Assembly (NCBI GenBank): GCA_963798085.1
Contig: CAWCRS010000005.1
Location: forward strand, 576,001 to 640,000
DNA from: an uncultured Gemmatimonadales bacterium
Lineage (GTDB): Bacteria > Gemmatimonadota > Gemmatimonadetes > Longimicrobiales > RSA9
Length of the DNA: 64,000 nucleotides
Direction of reading: 5' to 3'
In this document: positions 9,910 to 20,135 of the stretch, in pieces
Numbering within the stretch: position 1 is the first letter of the stretch
How the letters are laid out: each line of letters opens with the position of its first letter
Translations under genes and position numbers: made by a program
Notes under the pieces: model-generated
What the model was told of the DNA's origin: nothing
The model's database searches: none
What the model saw: only the letters and a program-made list of their open reading frames with translations

Positions 9910-10458
9910 TCACGCCTTCAGCTGCTCGACGAACTGCTTCCGGAATTTCGCGACCTTGGGCGCGATAACGATCTGGCAGTACGGCTGGTAGTCGTTCCGC
10001 TCGAAGTACTCCTGATGATAGTCCTCCGCTCGGTAGAACTCGTCCGCGGGCACCAGCTGCGTGACGATGGGCGCGTCCCAGAGATGCTCCGCCTCCACCT
10101 CGGCAATGACCTGCTTCGCCGTCTGTTCCTGCTCCGGCGAGTGGTAGAAGATCACCGACCGGTACTGCGGCCCCACGTCCGCACCCTGCCGGTCCGGCGT
10201 CGTGGGATCGTGGATCGTGAAGAAGACACGCAACAGGTCGCGATAAGAAACCGCCTCCGGGTCGAACGTGAGCTGCACCACCTCCGCATGCCCCGTCGTG
10301 CCCGCGCACACCTGCCGGTAGGAGGGGTTCCGGACCTGCCCGCCCGCGTACCCCGACTCGACCGCCGTCACACCACGCAGCTGGTCGAAGACAGCCTCCA
10401 GACACCAGAAACAGCCACCCCCCAGCGTCGCCACTTCCTGCTTCGATCTATCCATCAT
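9910..10458 (-). CDS. msrA: Peptide-methionine (S)-S-oxide reductase
   Basis: GGGCFWC, SGYAGG, GTTGHAE, HDPT, RQGADVGPQYRS, AEDYHQEY, YC. Confidence 0.97.
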   Translation of the reverse strand: MMDRSKQEVATLGGGCFWCLEAVFDQLRGVTAVESGYAGGQVRNPSYRQVCAGTTGHAEVVQLTFDPEAVSYRDLLRVFFTIHDPTTPDRQGADVGPQYRSVIFYHSPEQEQTAKQVIAEVEAEHLWDAPIVTQLVPADEFYRAEDYHQEYFERNDYQPYCQIVIAPKVAKFRKQFVEQLKA

Positions 10459-10509
10459 GGTTGCACCTCACTCATTGGATGCGGCCCACTTCCCGTCAGA
10501 CCGCAGACA

Positions 10510-10537
10510 TAATGCTTCCCCGGGGCGCCCGGTTCCA
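10510..10537 (-). promoter_or_regulatory. Putative ECF-dependent promoter of msrA, TGGAACC-N15-GCATTA
   Basis: Minus strand TGGAACC, 15-nt spacer, GCATTA about 50 bp upstream of the msrA ATG; same boxes and spacing as 1066-1093. Confidence 0.65.
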
Positions 10538-10664
10538 TTTTCTCGAGGCGGCCGCGAGGGCGAGGGGGGCCGGGGGTCGACGGGCGCCGCGGGGCGAGGG
10601 CCGGGCGCGACGCGTGTGGAGGAATCCTGAGGATACGGGAGGACGCCGGTACGGAAAACAGCAA

Positions 10665-10945
10665 TTTCACACAGTGGTTGACGGAGTCAACGGGGGCATC
10701 AGAGGACGGAGCGGCTTCTTGGGGAGCTCAACGTGGTGGGCCGGAGAAGGATACAGGGGTCGACGGGGTCCAGGCGAAGGAACGGGCAGGACACGCAGGC
10801 GCCAGCAGCGCAACCCCTAATCCGTTGTTAGTGATGTCAATGCGGTTGTTGTGCCTCCAATCCGTTGATCCGTCCACCGTGTCCACCGTTCCTCCGCAAG
10901 CCATGCTGCGTCAGACTGCGCAACCGCGGAAACCTCTGTGTGAAA
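10665..10945. repeat. Fold-back REP/MITE-like element with 15-bp terminal inverted repeats
   Basis: TTTCACACAGTGGTT (10665-10679) vs AACCTCTGTGTGAAA (10931-10945), 14/15 complementary; ACGG words on the left, CCGT words on the right. Confidence 0.5.
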
Positions 10946-11003
10946 GGTCGTACGCCGATCCCTCGCGGCCTCCGTCGCCGCGGGGACCTGCCTGTCAGGC
11001 GCC

Positions 11004-12038
11004 TCACCGGCCTCGCGTAACACCCGCCTCAGCGCCCACGCGCGCCCGCATGAACGCCAGGGCGTATTCGAGCACGACATCGCGCCCCTGCCGAAAGTCC
11101 GCGTCGGAGGTGGGCACGACGATGTCGGGTGCGATGCCCTGCCATTCGACGATCTGCCTGTCGGCCGTGTACGCGAACCAGCGCGGCACGGAGTACTTCC
11201 AGCCGCCGCCCAGCGAGACATCCTTCGGGTTGCCCGAGCCGCCGCCGGTGGTATCACCGATGACGGTGACGTTGGGAAATTCGCGCATGGCGGAGACGAA
11301 GCTCTCGTTGCTGCTGAAGACGCCGCGGCCCACCAGCAGTACGACCGGCCTGGTGAACTGCCAGGCGCCGCGCGGATCCACGTACCTCGCCTCGGGCTCG
11401 CCCAGGTCGCTGTGGCCGGGACCATCGCGGAAGGCGACGTAATCGGCGAGACGGCGGGCGCTCGTGAACCGGCCGGCCACCTGGAATGCGAGTGCATCGC
11501 TGCCGCCGCCATTCATGCGCACGTCGATGATCATGCCGGGGCTGTTGCGGAACGGCTCGAGCGCCGCGTCCACCGCTTCGATGTGGATCTGCGCGGTGTT
11601 CCAGGCGCCAAACGCGATGTAAGGAATGCCGCCCATCAGGGCGTGACCCCAGTTGGTCTGCTCGAACACGTAATGGCTGGCGGTCACGTACTGCAGCCAC
11701 ACGTCGCGGTCCCAGTTGCGGAAGCTGGTCGCCTGATAGCTGCTCTGCAGCTGGCCGGCGGGTGTGGTGAACCAGATGTGCACGTCACGGAGTGGCGCCA
11801 CCGCGTCGCGCAATACATCGACCAGTCCGGCTTCATCCACGGCCGCCGCCGCACGCGGCCGGAACTGCTCGCGCGTCGCGGTCCAGTCGACCTGCTTCAG
11901 GGCGAAGTACGGGTAGGTGACATCGTAGGTGTGCCAGAAGGCATCGAACTGCGCACCCGGATCGAAAGCTACGCCGTTCGGGTCGCTGCACGCGACCAGC
12001 AGTGCGGACGACAGCACCAGCAGCAGCAGCTTCCGCAT
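11004..12038 (-). CDS. S41 family peptidase, lipoprotein
   Basis: Lipobox LVAC; IIDVRMNGGG, FSSNESF, IGDTTGGGSG, EWQGIAPD. Confidence 0.92.
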   Translation of the reverse strand: MRKLLLLVLSSALLVACSDPNGVAFDPGAQFDAFWHTYDVTYPYFALKQVDWTATREQFRPRAAAAVDEAGLVDVLRDAVAPLRDVHIWFTTPAGQLQSSYQATSFRNWDRDVWLQYVTASHYVFEQTNWGHALMGGIPYIAFGAWNTAQIHIEAVDAALEPFRNSPGMIIDVRMNGGGSDALAFQVAGRFTSARRLADYVAFRDGPGHSDLGEPEARYVDPRGAWQFTRPVVLLVGRGVFSSNESFVSAMREFPNVTVIGDTTGGGSGNPKDVSLGGGWKYSVPRWFAYTADRQIVEWQGIAPDIVVPTSDADFRQGRDVVLEYALAFMRARVGAEAGVTRGR

Positions 12039-12408
12039 TCACCTGCTCCAGACTTCACGGTCTGACAACACCGTACGCGCCCATCCCGGAAAAGCAACGC
12101 GCAGCCGCCGCGTCTCACCCCATCGACAGCCGGCCGGCCGAAATCCCCCACAGCGCGCCGGGGCCATGGTCGACGCCTCCTCGAGAACCTGGAACGGTGC
12201 TCGCGGAGTCCTCAACAAGTAAGCACGGCGGCAAGCCGCCACCAGTGATCCCCGCGGTCCGCGGTCACGCCGTGACCCCCGTTGGACACACAAGGGCAGC
12301 CTTTCGCAGGCGCCTGCGGCCAATGCCATTCTCGATCTTCCTGTGCACGTCGCCTATCTTGGCCGGCACGGACTTCAGGCGACGATGCACCCTCAGCCCC
12401 GCGTGACC

Positions 12409-13407
12409 ATGGCGAACTCCGAGGCAGCTTCCCGTTCACGGCGCGATTTCCTGCGTGCTTCCGCCGCCTGCGGCGCGCACCTGCTGCTGCTCGCCAGCGC
12501 GGCGCCACTGCGTGCCGAGCGCATCTTCGCAATGCGCAGCCGGCCCGTACGCGCACGCGAGCCGTGGGGCCGTATCGAGGAAGTCGCCGACGGCATATGG
12601 GCCATGATCTCGACGCCGCTCGATGATCGCACCACCATCTGCAATGGCGGCATCATCCGCGGCCGCTCGGGCGTGCTCGTCATCGAGACATTCGCGCAGC
12701 CGCAGGGATCGAGCTGGCTGGCCGGCAAGGCGAAGGAGCTGGCGGGGCGCTGGCCCGATGAGGTGATCCTCACGCATTTCCACAGCGACCATTCCGGCGG
12801 CATCGCCGGATATGTGCGTCCTGATGGCGCGCCCCGCCTGCATGCCACGCACACGACGCGCGACCTCGTGCGCCAGCAGGACGCCGGGCGCGGCGAGGAT
12901 CCGAACTCGGTGCGCTCGGGCCAGCTCGGCGGCGCCCTCGCGATCGATGAGACGCACGAGAGCAGCATCGATCTCGGCAACCGGCGCGTCCGCCTCATTC
13001 CCCGCCGCGGCCACACGCAGAGCGATGTGTCGGTCGAAATCGACGACCCGTCCATTGTGTTCTGCGGCGACCTGCTCTGGAACCGGATGTTCCCCAACTA
13101 CGTGAATGCCATCCCATCGTTCCTGTCGCACGATGTGCGCGCGCTGCTGCGCACGCGCACCACGACCTATGTGCCCGGTCACGGGCCTGTCGCCAATGCC
13201 GAGGACATGCAGAAGTACCTCGCGCTGATCGACAGTGTGGAGCGCGCCGGTCGTGCCGCTTTCGACAAGGGGCAGACGGCGGCGGAAGCGGCGAAGGCGT
13301 ATCGCGTGCCGGACGGCATCGGCGAGTGGATGCTGTTCAGCCCGCGCTACCCGGAGACCGCGATTGGCGCGTGGCTCAAGGAGCTGAGCGGGGGTGCTGC
13401 GGGCTGA
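12409..13407 (+). CDS. Metallo-beta-lactamase-fold hydrolase with Tat signal
   Basis: SRRDFL twin-Arg; THFHSDHSGG, GHT, GDLL, PGHG. Confidence 0.9.
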   Translation: MANSEAASRSRRDFLRASAACGAHLLLLASAAPLRAERIFAMRSRPVRAREPWGRIEEVADGIWAMISTPLDDRTTICNGGIIRGRSGVLVIETFAQPQGSSWLAGKAKELAGRWPDEVILTHFHSDHSGGIAGYVRPDGAPRLHATHTTRDLVRQQDAGRGEDPNSVRSGQLGGALAIDETHESSIDLGNRRVRLIPRRGHTQSDVSVEIDDPSIVFCGDLLWNRMFPNYVNAIPSFLSHDVRALLRTRTTTYVPGHGPVANAEDMQKYLALIDSVERAGRAAFDKGQTAAEAAKAYRVPDGIGEWMLFSPRYPETAIGAWLKELSGGAAG

Positions 13408-14084
13408 TGGACGAACGCACGCCCGGCGACAGCCTGTCAATCGCGATAACAGAAGATTTCGCGGTTCCCGCGGACGCACATCCGCTCCTTCGCTTCACGT
13501 CGTTCCGTACGGAGTTCGCCGTGCCGCTCGACACGCTGGCTTCGCCGGGCTGGCTGGTCGATCTGCTGCGCGCCGACGCGGCCGCACCCTTCACGCGCAG
13601 TGAGGGGGTGCGCAGCGCCGTCCGCGACCTGCTGCGCCACGGCGGCTACAAGCCCACAGGCCGCGGCAAGCCGGCTTCCGAGTACCTCGTGCGCGCCGCC
13701 GAGGAAGGGACCCTCGCCTCGATCAACGCCGCGGTCGACGTCTGCAACGCCGTCTCCCTGCACAGCGGCCTGCCCATCAGTGTGGTCGACCTCGATCGCG
13801 CGCACCCGCCCTTCCGCATCGGCCTCGGCCCGGCAGGCTCCAGCTACATCTTCAACGCCGCCGGCCAGGAGATCGACGTCACCGGGCTGCTCTGCCTGTT
13901 CGATGCCGACGGGCCCTGCGCCAATGCCGTGAAGGACGCGCAGCGTACCAAGACCACGCCGGGCACGCGCCGCACGCTCTCCATCGTCTGGGCCGACACC
14001 GCGCACTCCGAGCTGCTCACCGCCGCAACCATCTGGTACCGCTCCCTGCTCTCCCGTCTGTCCGCAGCGGTGGCGCACGGTTAG
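13407..14084 (+). CDS. B3/B4 domain protein (PheRS beta editing-like)
   Basis: GYKPTGRGKPASEYL, INAAVDVCNAVSLHSGLPISVVD; TGATG overlap with the upstream gene. Confidence 0.85.
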   Translation: MDERTPGDSLSIAITEDFAVPADAHPLLRFTSFRTEFAVPLDTLASPGWLVDLLRADAAAPFTRSEGVRSAVRDLLRHGGYKPTGRGKPASEYLVRAAEEGTLASINAAVDVCNAVSLHSGLPISVVDLDRAHPPFRIGLGPAGSSYIFNAAGQEIDVTGLLCLFDADGPCANAVKDAQRTKTTPGTRRTLSIVWADTAHSELLTAATIWYRSLLSRLSAAVAHG

Positions 14085-14228
14085 TACGAGCTCATGCAAT
14101 GGCAGGGGCCCTGAGAAACGGCGGCCCATCCCGGCAGGACAGCGCCGGTTGGCATTCACCGGAATTCATCGCCGTCGAGGTGGTGAAGCGCCCGCGTCGG
14201 CATTGTTCAGCCGATACGGCGCGCTCAT

Positions 14229-17200
14229 CTACCTCTGCGCACCGCCCGCTCTGCCCACTGCGTGCTGCAACGAATCGAGCGAGCGGTCCTCGGCCACCCA
14301 GTAGGGTGTCGGGAAACGGTGCGGCGCAGGCCAGACTTCGTTGAGCGTGTCGCCTTCGTAGACCACGCCGTTCTTGATCACGTACCGGATCTGGTTGGTG
14401 TTGCGGATATTCTCGAGCGGATTCGCGTTGAGTACGACAAGGTCGGCCAGCTTGCCGGGCTCGATGGCTGCCCAGGTCGCGGTCGAAGCCGATGCTCTCC
14501 GCGCCGATGATCGTGGCGCAGCGCAGGACTTCCATGGGCGTCATGCCGCCGGATGCTCAGATTCCACAGCTCCCAGTGCGCGCCCAGGCCCTGCTGGTTG
14601 CCGTGCGACCCGAACCCGACGTGCCCGCCCGCGCGCAGCACGTCACGCGCGCCCGCCGCGATCGTCGGGAAGATGTAGTCCTCCTCGACGATAAGCGGGC
14701 GGCCGGCGCGCGTACGAGTCCAGCTCCACGTGCGGTGTGAAGTAGCGCGGCTTGGCATCGCCGTGCATGTCCCAGCGGCCCGCCAGTAGTCCTGCGACTC
14801 CGGCCCGCCGTAGGACGCGATCATGGCGGCGTGTACGTGATGCCGGTCTGCGCGATCAGCTGGATCAGGTCCTTGTAGATCGGCACAACAGGGAGTGTGT
14901 GCTCGAACGCGGTGAAGCCGTCCAGCGCCATGGTCACGTCCGCCTTGAGGTCGCCGGCGCCCTCGTTCGTGATATTCATGCCTTCCGCGCGCGCCGCCTG
15001 GATGAACCACTGCCGTTGGATCCGGCGAGGCTGCAGGTACTGCTTCAATGAGTTCGCACCCTGCGCCTTGTAGCGGAGCACGGCGTTGTAGCGCGTCCTC
15101 GTAGCTGCGCACGGGCACGTTCGTGGAAGTGAGCGGCGGGCCGGTCGCGTAGATGCGCGAGCCGATCATGCCGCCCGCGTCCATCAGCTCGCCCCAGGGG
15201 AACGATCCACGCAGGCCGCTGGGGTTGCGCGTGGTGGTGACGCCGTAGGCGAGGTTCGATGGCGATGCTCCATTCCTGGTCCGGGCGCGATCTCTCTGCC
15301 CGTGCGCGGGTGCGCGTGCACATCGACAAACCCGGGAATGATCGTAGCGCCATTCACGTCGATGACGCGCGCGCCCGCCGGCACCGTGGCGCGACCCACG
15401 GCGCGGATGCGGTTGTTCTCGATCAGGATGTCGCCGCGCGCGATCACCTCATCGCCACGCATCGTGATGAGCCGCGCGCCGCGCAGTACCAGCGCACCCT
15501 GCGGCGAGGCGCGCGGCACGCGCAGCGTCACGGCAGCCGAGTCGATGCCCCATTCGTCGCGGCGGTCACTTGCCATCACGCGCTCCAGCGCAGCGCGGTA
15601 GAAGCTGTTGGCAAAGCTCCAGGCAATGGTGCGCCCGCCGTCCCTCCAGGCGACGTAGTTCGCGCCCTGCGTGGTAATGCGCCGCAGCGGCACGGATGGC
15701 GACGCGAGATTCGATGGCAATGCCGTCTGCGCCCGCCGCGGTCATGGCCATCACGTACGATCGTCGCGGTCCTGGACCAGCAGGTAGCGACCGTCGGGCG
15801 AGGGGATCGCCGTCATGTTGCCGCCCGCGCCGGGCGACGTGAAGCGCGCGTGCAGTCGCCTGGCCTGACCATCCATGCGGAGCGACGCGAGCACCGCCGT
15901 CGGCGTGCCGGCGCCACCGCCTGATCCCTCGGTGAAGAAGACACGCGCCGTGTCGCCTCCCGCTGTACCGTCATGGGCGACGGCTGCCCGCAGTGATGGC
16001 GGTGCGCCTCGCCGCCGTTGGCGCTGACCCAGCGCAGCTCGCCCAGACCGGCCTCGGGCGCACCCTGGCCGGCGCGCACCGAAGCGGCGGCGTAGACCAC
16101 GCGGTCGCCTTCCGGAGACCAGACTGGCGACTGGTAGTAGCCGGCGTTCTGCGTCAGCCGCACAGGCGAGCCGCCGCTGCCGCGAACTTTCCACACGTGG
16201 CCGCCCGCGGAGTCGGACCAGCTCACGTACGCGATCCACTGGCCATCCGGCGAGAAGGCTGGCTCGTACTCGCGCCCCGGCGAGTCTGTCGCCCGGCGGG
16301 GTGTGCCCCGCAGCTCGCTGACCCAGACTTTCCCCACCGCGCTGAACGCAATGGAGCGGCCATCGGGCGACGGCTGCACACCCAGGAAGTTGCGCACCGG
16401 CATGTCGCCATCCTCGATGCGCAGGGCCGCACGGTGCCGTGTGGCCACACCCTGTTCGACGTGCGCATGGAAGGGAATCGTGCGGATCTGCCGCGTCGCC
16501 AGCTCCACGCGCTGAATGTGGCCGCCCGCCGTGAACACCACCGCCCTGCTGTCCGGCGTGAAGGCGTAGCCGGGCAGAATATCGTTGGGCGCGTACCCTT
16601 CCTGGTCGTCGCGCTGCATCTCGGCGACCAGCCAGTGATCCTCCTGCGTCTGCAGATCGCGGATGCGCAGCGCCGTCTGCGTCCACGCGCGTGGCGTATA
16701 CCAGCCAGCGCCCGTCCGGCGAGGCGATGGGGCGCAGGCCGCCGCCATAACCTGATGTCAGTGTCTGCCGTTCACCGGTCGCGCGATCGAAGCGCACCAC
16801 CTGGTACGAGTTCACGTTGGCGCTCGCGTACCCGCCGCTGTGGCTCGCGAAGTACATGTGCGCCCATCCGGCGAGAACGACGCGCCCGTGTTGGTCGTCG
16901 TGCCGGTGCCGCCTGCTCCCGGAAACAGCTCCGTTCCGTTGCCGCCGTTCCTGTGGTACAGCCACAGCGGCACGTTGCGCAGGTAGTCGACCGGGCCCGG
17001 ATACGGGCCGAACTTGCGCGCCACGAGATAGTCTCCGTCCGGCGTCCATTCCGGTGAGCTGAGCGCGAAGTCGACTTCCTTCGTCACCTGTTTGCGCCCG
17101 CTGCCGTCGAGGTTCACCAGCCACAGGTTGTCGCTGCCGCTGCGATCGCTGATGAACGCGATCGTTTTTCCGTCCGGTGAAAACCGCGGCATGCAGTCCC

Positions 17201-17583
17201 ACGGCATCCCGCTCGTGATACGCCTCGCCGCGCCACCATCAATCGGCAGCGGTATAGAGGTCGCCCATGAGGTCGAAGACGAGCGTGCGCCCATCGGGAG
17301 AGACGTCGAGCGAGATCCATGTGCCTTCATCCGTGTCGAAGGCGATCGTACGGTCCGGTCTTATCGGCAGCGCCACCGCCGTATCGCCAGGAGCGCCCTG
17401 CTGCGCTGTTGCGCGACGGGCTGGCAGCAGCAGCGCGAGCACCAGCGCTGGCCCCACGATCGCGCAGTTCGCGACGGTGTGCCCCGGTTGCCGGCGCGGG
17501 ATTGCCGGCGCCGCGGCATCGTTGCGAGTGTCCCGGGATGGCGCGTACGCAGCGCGCGCTGTGTGGTTCCTGGTTGTGCGCAT
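14229..17583 (-). pseudogene. Secreted TolB-like beta-propeller plus amidohydrolase, multiply frameshifted (pseudogene or assembly errors)
   Basis: Fragments in shifting frames: DEGTWISLDVSPDG, FSPDGKTIAFISDRSG, IIPGFVDVHAH, FGSHGNQQGLGAHWE, IEPGKLADLVVLNANPLENIRNT; roughly ten frame changes. Confidence 0.85.
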
Positions 17584-17814
17584 GGCTCGCTCGCTGGGGT
17601 GGGTGCAGTCGGGGGGTATGCAAGATGCCGCCCCGCAGCAGCCGCGCAAGGCGAAGCTCGCACGCCCTGCCCGCACACGCGCGAGGCATGCGCACGTCAA
17701 TGCCGCACGCTTGTAGACTTGTGCGGGCCCCTCGCGAATGAGGATGCGACTGCCGGGCGACGTCGACTTCACTAGATTGCGCTGCGATTGGTGCGGACCG
17801 TTTCCGGAGGGACC

Positions 17815-18894
17815 ATGCACATCGCACAACACCGCTGCGTCGTAATCGGAACCATGGTGATCGCGCTGGCGGCGCTCCGTTCGGGCGGCGCCGCGCAGCA
17901 GACCGCGCTGCCCTGCTCCGAGCTGGCCCAGATTCTCGGCGGCTCGCCGGCAACGTCCGGCAATGTGTGCAAGGTCAACCTGCCACGCGTGGATCTGCAG
18001 GTTACACTGCTGGGTGCCACACTGCCGCCGGGCGCGGGCCTCACTTCATGGGCAGCGTTTCTACCCGCCGCGGACGGCGCCCTCGTCATGGGCGACCTGG
18101 CTCTCACGACAACCGAGCTGTCCAGCGTGCTGCGCGGACTGCGCGACGGCGGCTTCAATGTCACCGCCGTGCACCGCCACATGCTGGATGAGACGCCACC
18201 CATGAGCTTCGCCCACTACATGGGTCATGGTGACGCGCGCGACCTCGCGCACAAGCTGCGCCTCGCGCTCGGTGCGCCCACCCCGCCCTCGCCGTTTCCC
18301 GGCAGCATTGGGGAGCGCGGCGTGGTCAGCGGTGTGCCGTGCGGCGCGATTCAGAAGCTGCTCGGTGCCGGTGACAGTGGCACGGACGCGGGCGCCGGCT
18401 TCTGCAAGATCACGCTTCCGCGCAGCGACCTTGCCGTGACCCTGAACGGAACGGCGCTGCCGCCGGCCATGGGTGTTGCCAGCTGGTTCGCGTTTCAGGA
18501 GGTGCCCGATCGCAGCGCCGTGGTGCTCACCGGTGACATGGCGCTCACGGAAGCGCAGGTCAGCAATGCACTGGGCGCAATGGTGCAGGCGGGCGTCGAC
18601 GTCGTGGCGCTGCACAATCACATGACTGGCGAACAGCCGCGCATCGTGTTCTTCCACTTCCAGGCGAGAGGCAACGCCGCCACCCTGGCGCAGGCTGTGC
18701 ACGATGCGCTGCAGGCGTCGCGCCAGGAGCGCCCGCCCGGGAAGGCACCGGCTGCGCGCTTGCTTCAGTTGAGGCGTTCGGGGAATCCCGATTCCCGGAT
18801 GCGGAACCGGTTCCAGGCCTTGCCGTTGCGCACCAGCAGCAGGGCTTCCTGCACGAAGGGGAACGTATTGACGTCGATCAGGGCGCCGTTGTAA
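17815..18894 (+). CDS. Secreted tandem DUF1259 (LppY/LpqO-like) protein
   Basis: GGAGG RBS; signal peptide; duplicated domain SWAAF..MGD..VTAVHRHM and SWFAF..TGD..VVALHNHM. Confidence 0.8.
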   Translation: MHIAQHRCVVIGTMVIALAALRSGGAAQQTALPCSELAQILGGSPATSGNVCKVNLPRVDLQVTLLGATLPPGAGLTSWAAFLPAADGALVMGDLALTTTELSSVLRGLRDGGFNVTAVHRHMLDETPPMSFAHYMGHGDARDLAHKLRLALGAPTPPSPFPGSIGERGVVSGVPCGAIQKLLGAGDSGTDAGAGFCKITLPRSDLAVTLNGTALPPAMGVASWFAFQEVPDRSAVVLTGDMALTEAQVSNALGAMVQAGVDVVALHNHMTGEQPRIVFFHFQARGNAATLAQAVHDALQASRQERPPGKAPAARLLQLRRSGNPDSRMRNRFQALPLRTSSRASCTKGNVLTSIRAPL

Positions 18895-19973
18895 CGCGGC
18901 GTTATGGTGCTGAGCGGCGTGTGGCCAATGACGAGCAGGCGGGCATCGAAGCGCTGGAGGACCGCGCTCAGTGCATCCCTGAGCGAATCACCCTGCGCGT
19001 AGTCGCGGTACCAGAAGACGCTGCGCGGACCCCAGAAGAAGTCGTTGCGACGCTCGACCGCGGCGGAGTCCAGCGGCACGGCGTAGGTCGAGTCCGTCCA
19101 GCGGTAGAACAGGTCTTCGCGGGTGTACGCGGCAAGCGTGTCCTCGTACGAATCCAGCGTCCATGCCGCGTAGTCCGTCGATACACCGCCGTGCGCGAAC
19201 AGCACGTCGCCAATGCGCAGCAGCGCGGGCCGCGTGATCAGCCAGCGCCCGAGCACGGAAAGGCGGGGATCGTACAACCGGTCGTAGCCAATGTGGTGGC
19301 GGCGCGCGATCTCTTTCTCCTTGGGCGATACATAGCGCAGGTCGCCCAGCATGATCATGATCTCGTGGTTGCCGAGCACCATGTGCAACCGCCCGCCCGC
19401 GCTCTCCGCCTGCGCCTCGAGCTGGTAGAGCAGCCAGAGCGCGCGCGTCGCGTCGGCGCCCCGATCGAACACGTCGCCCACCACCACCAGCTGCCGCCGG
19501 CCGCCCGTCCATTCCAGGCTGTCACCCACCAGGCCTGCATTGCGCAGCACGCGCACGAGCCGGTCGAACTCGCCATGGATGTCGCTGACGACGTAGATCG
19601 AATCCGCCGCGGGCCATGACACGCGGGGCTTCCCCGCGTCCTGGCGGATGGTCGTCCACCAGCCTCCCGCCGAATCCGGTGCCTCGCCGTAATGCAGTGT
19701 CAGCGGTCGCGCACCGGGATCCCGGAAGACCACCGTGTGCTCGCTGTCCGGCGCCGTCGTCGTGTGCAGGCGGACCCGCCCACCCGTGCTCACATCCAGA
19801 AACCCCGCGACCGGCCGGTTCGTGATCCAGCTCACTGCCAGCGAGTCACCCTGGCGCCGCACCCACAGCCCGTACTCCCCATCAAGCCGGCCCACTGCGT
19901 CCTGTTCCGCCGCCGGCCCTCCTGCCGCCAGACAGAGCGCAACCGCTGCCACATAACCCGCGATTATCTTCAC
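18765..19973 (-). CDS. Secreted metallophosphoesterase, Shewanella-like PPP phosphatase
   Basis: Signal peptide; N-terminal beta domain; DIHG, GDVFDRG, GNHE, HGG, GHT motifs. Confidence 0.88.
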   Translation of the reverse strand: MKIIAGYVAAVALCLAAGGPAAEQDAVGRLDGEYGLWVRRQGDSLAVSWITNRPVAGFLDVSTGGRVRLHTTTAPDSEHTVVFRDPGARPLTLHYGEAPDSAGGWWTTIRQDAGKPRVSWPAADSIYVVSDIHGEFDRLVRVLRNAGLVGDSLEWTGGRRQLVVVGDVFDRGADATRALWLLYQLEAQAESAGGRLHMVLGNHEIMIMLGDLRYVSPKEKEIARRHHIGYDRLYDPRLSVLGRWLITRPALLRIGDVLFAHGGVSTDYAAWTLDSYEDTLAAYTREDLFYRWTDSTYAVPLDSAAVERRNDFFWGPRSVFWYRDYAQGDSLRDALSAVLQRFDARLLVIGHTPLSTITPRYNGALIDVNTFPFVQEALLLVRNGKAWNRFRIRESGFPERLN

Positions 19974-20135
19974 CCGTCAGTCCTCTGCACCACGTCCTCG
20001 AGCATGGTCCACATCTCATACACCACCCCGACAACCATCCGTCATCGGTTCCCGAGCAACGAACTCGCCAACAACGCCGTTGAATCCGTTTCCGTAATCC
20101 CCGGCCCGAGCCCCAGCCCCAGCTCCAGCAACCTT

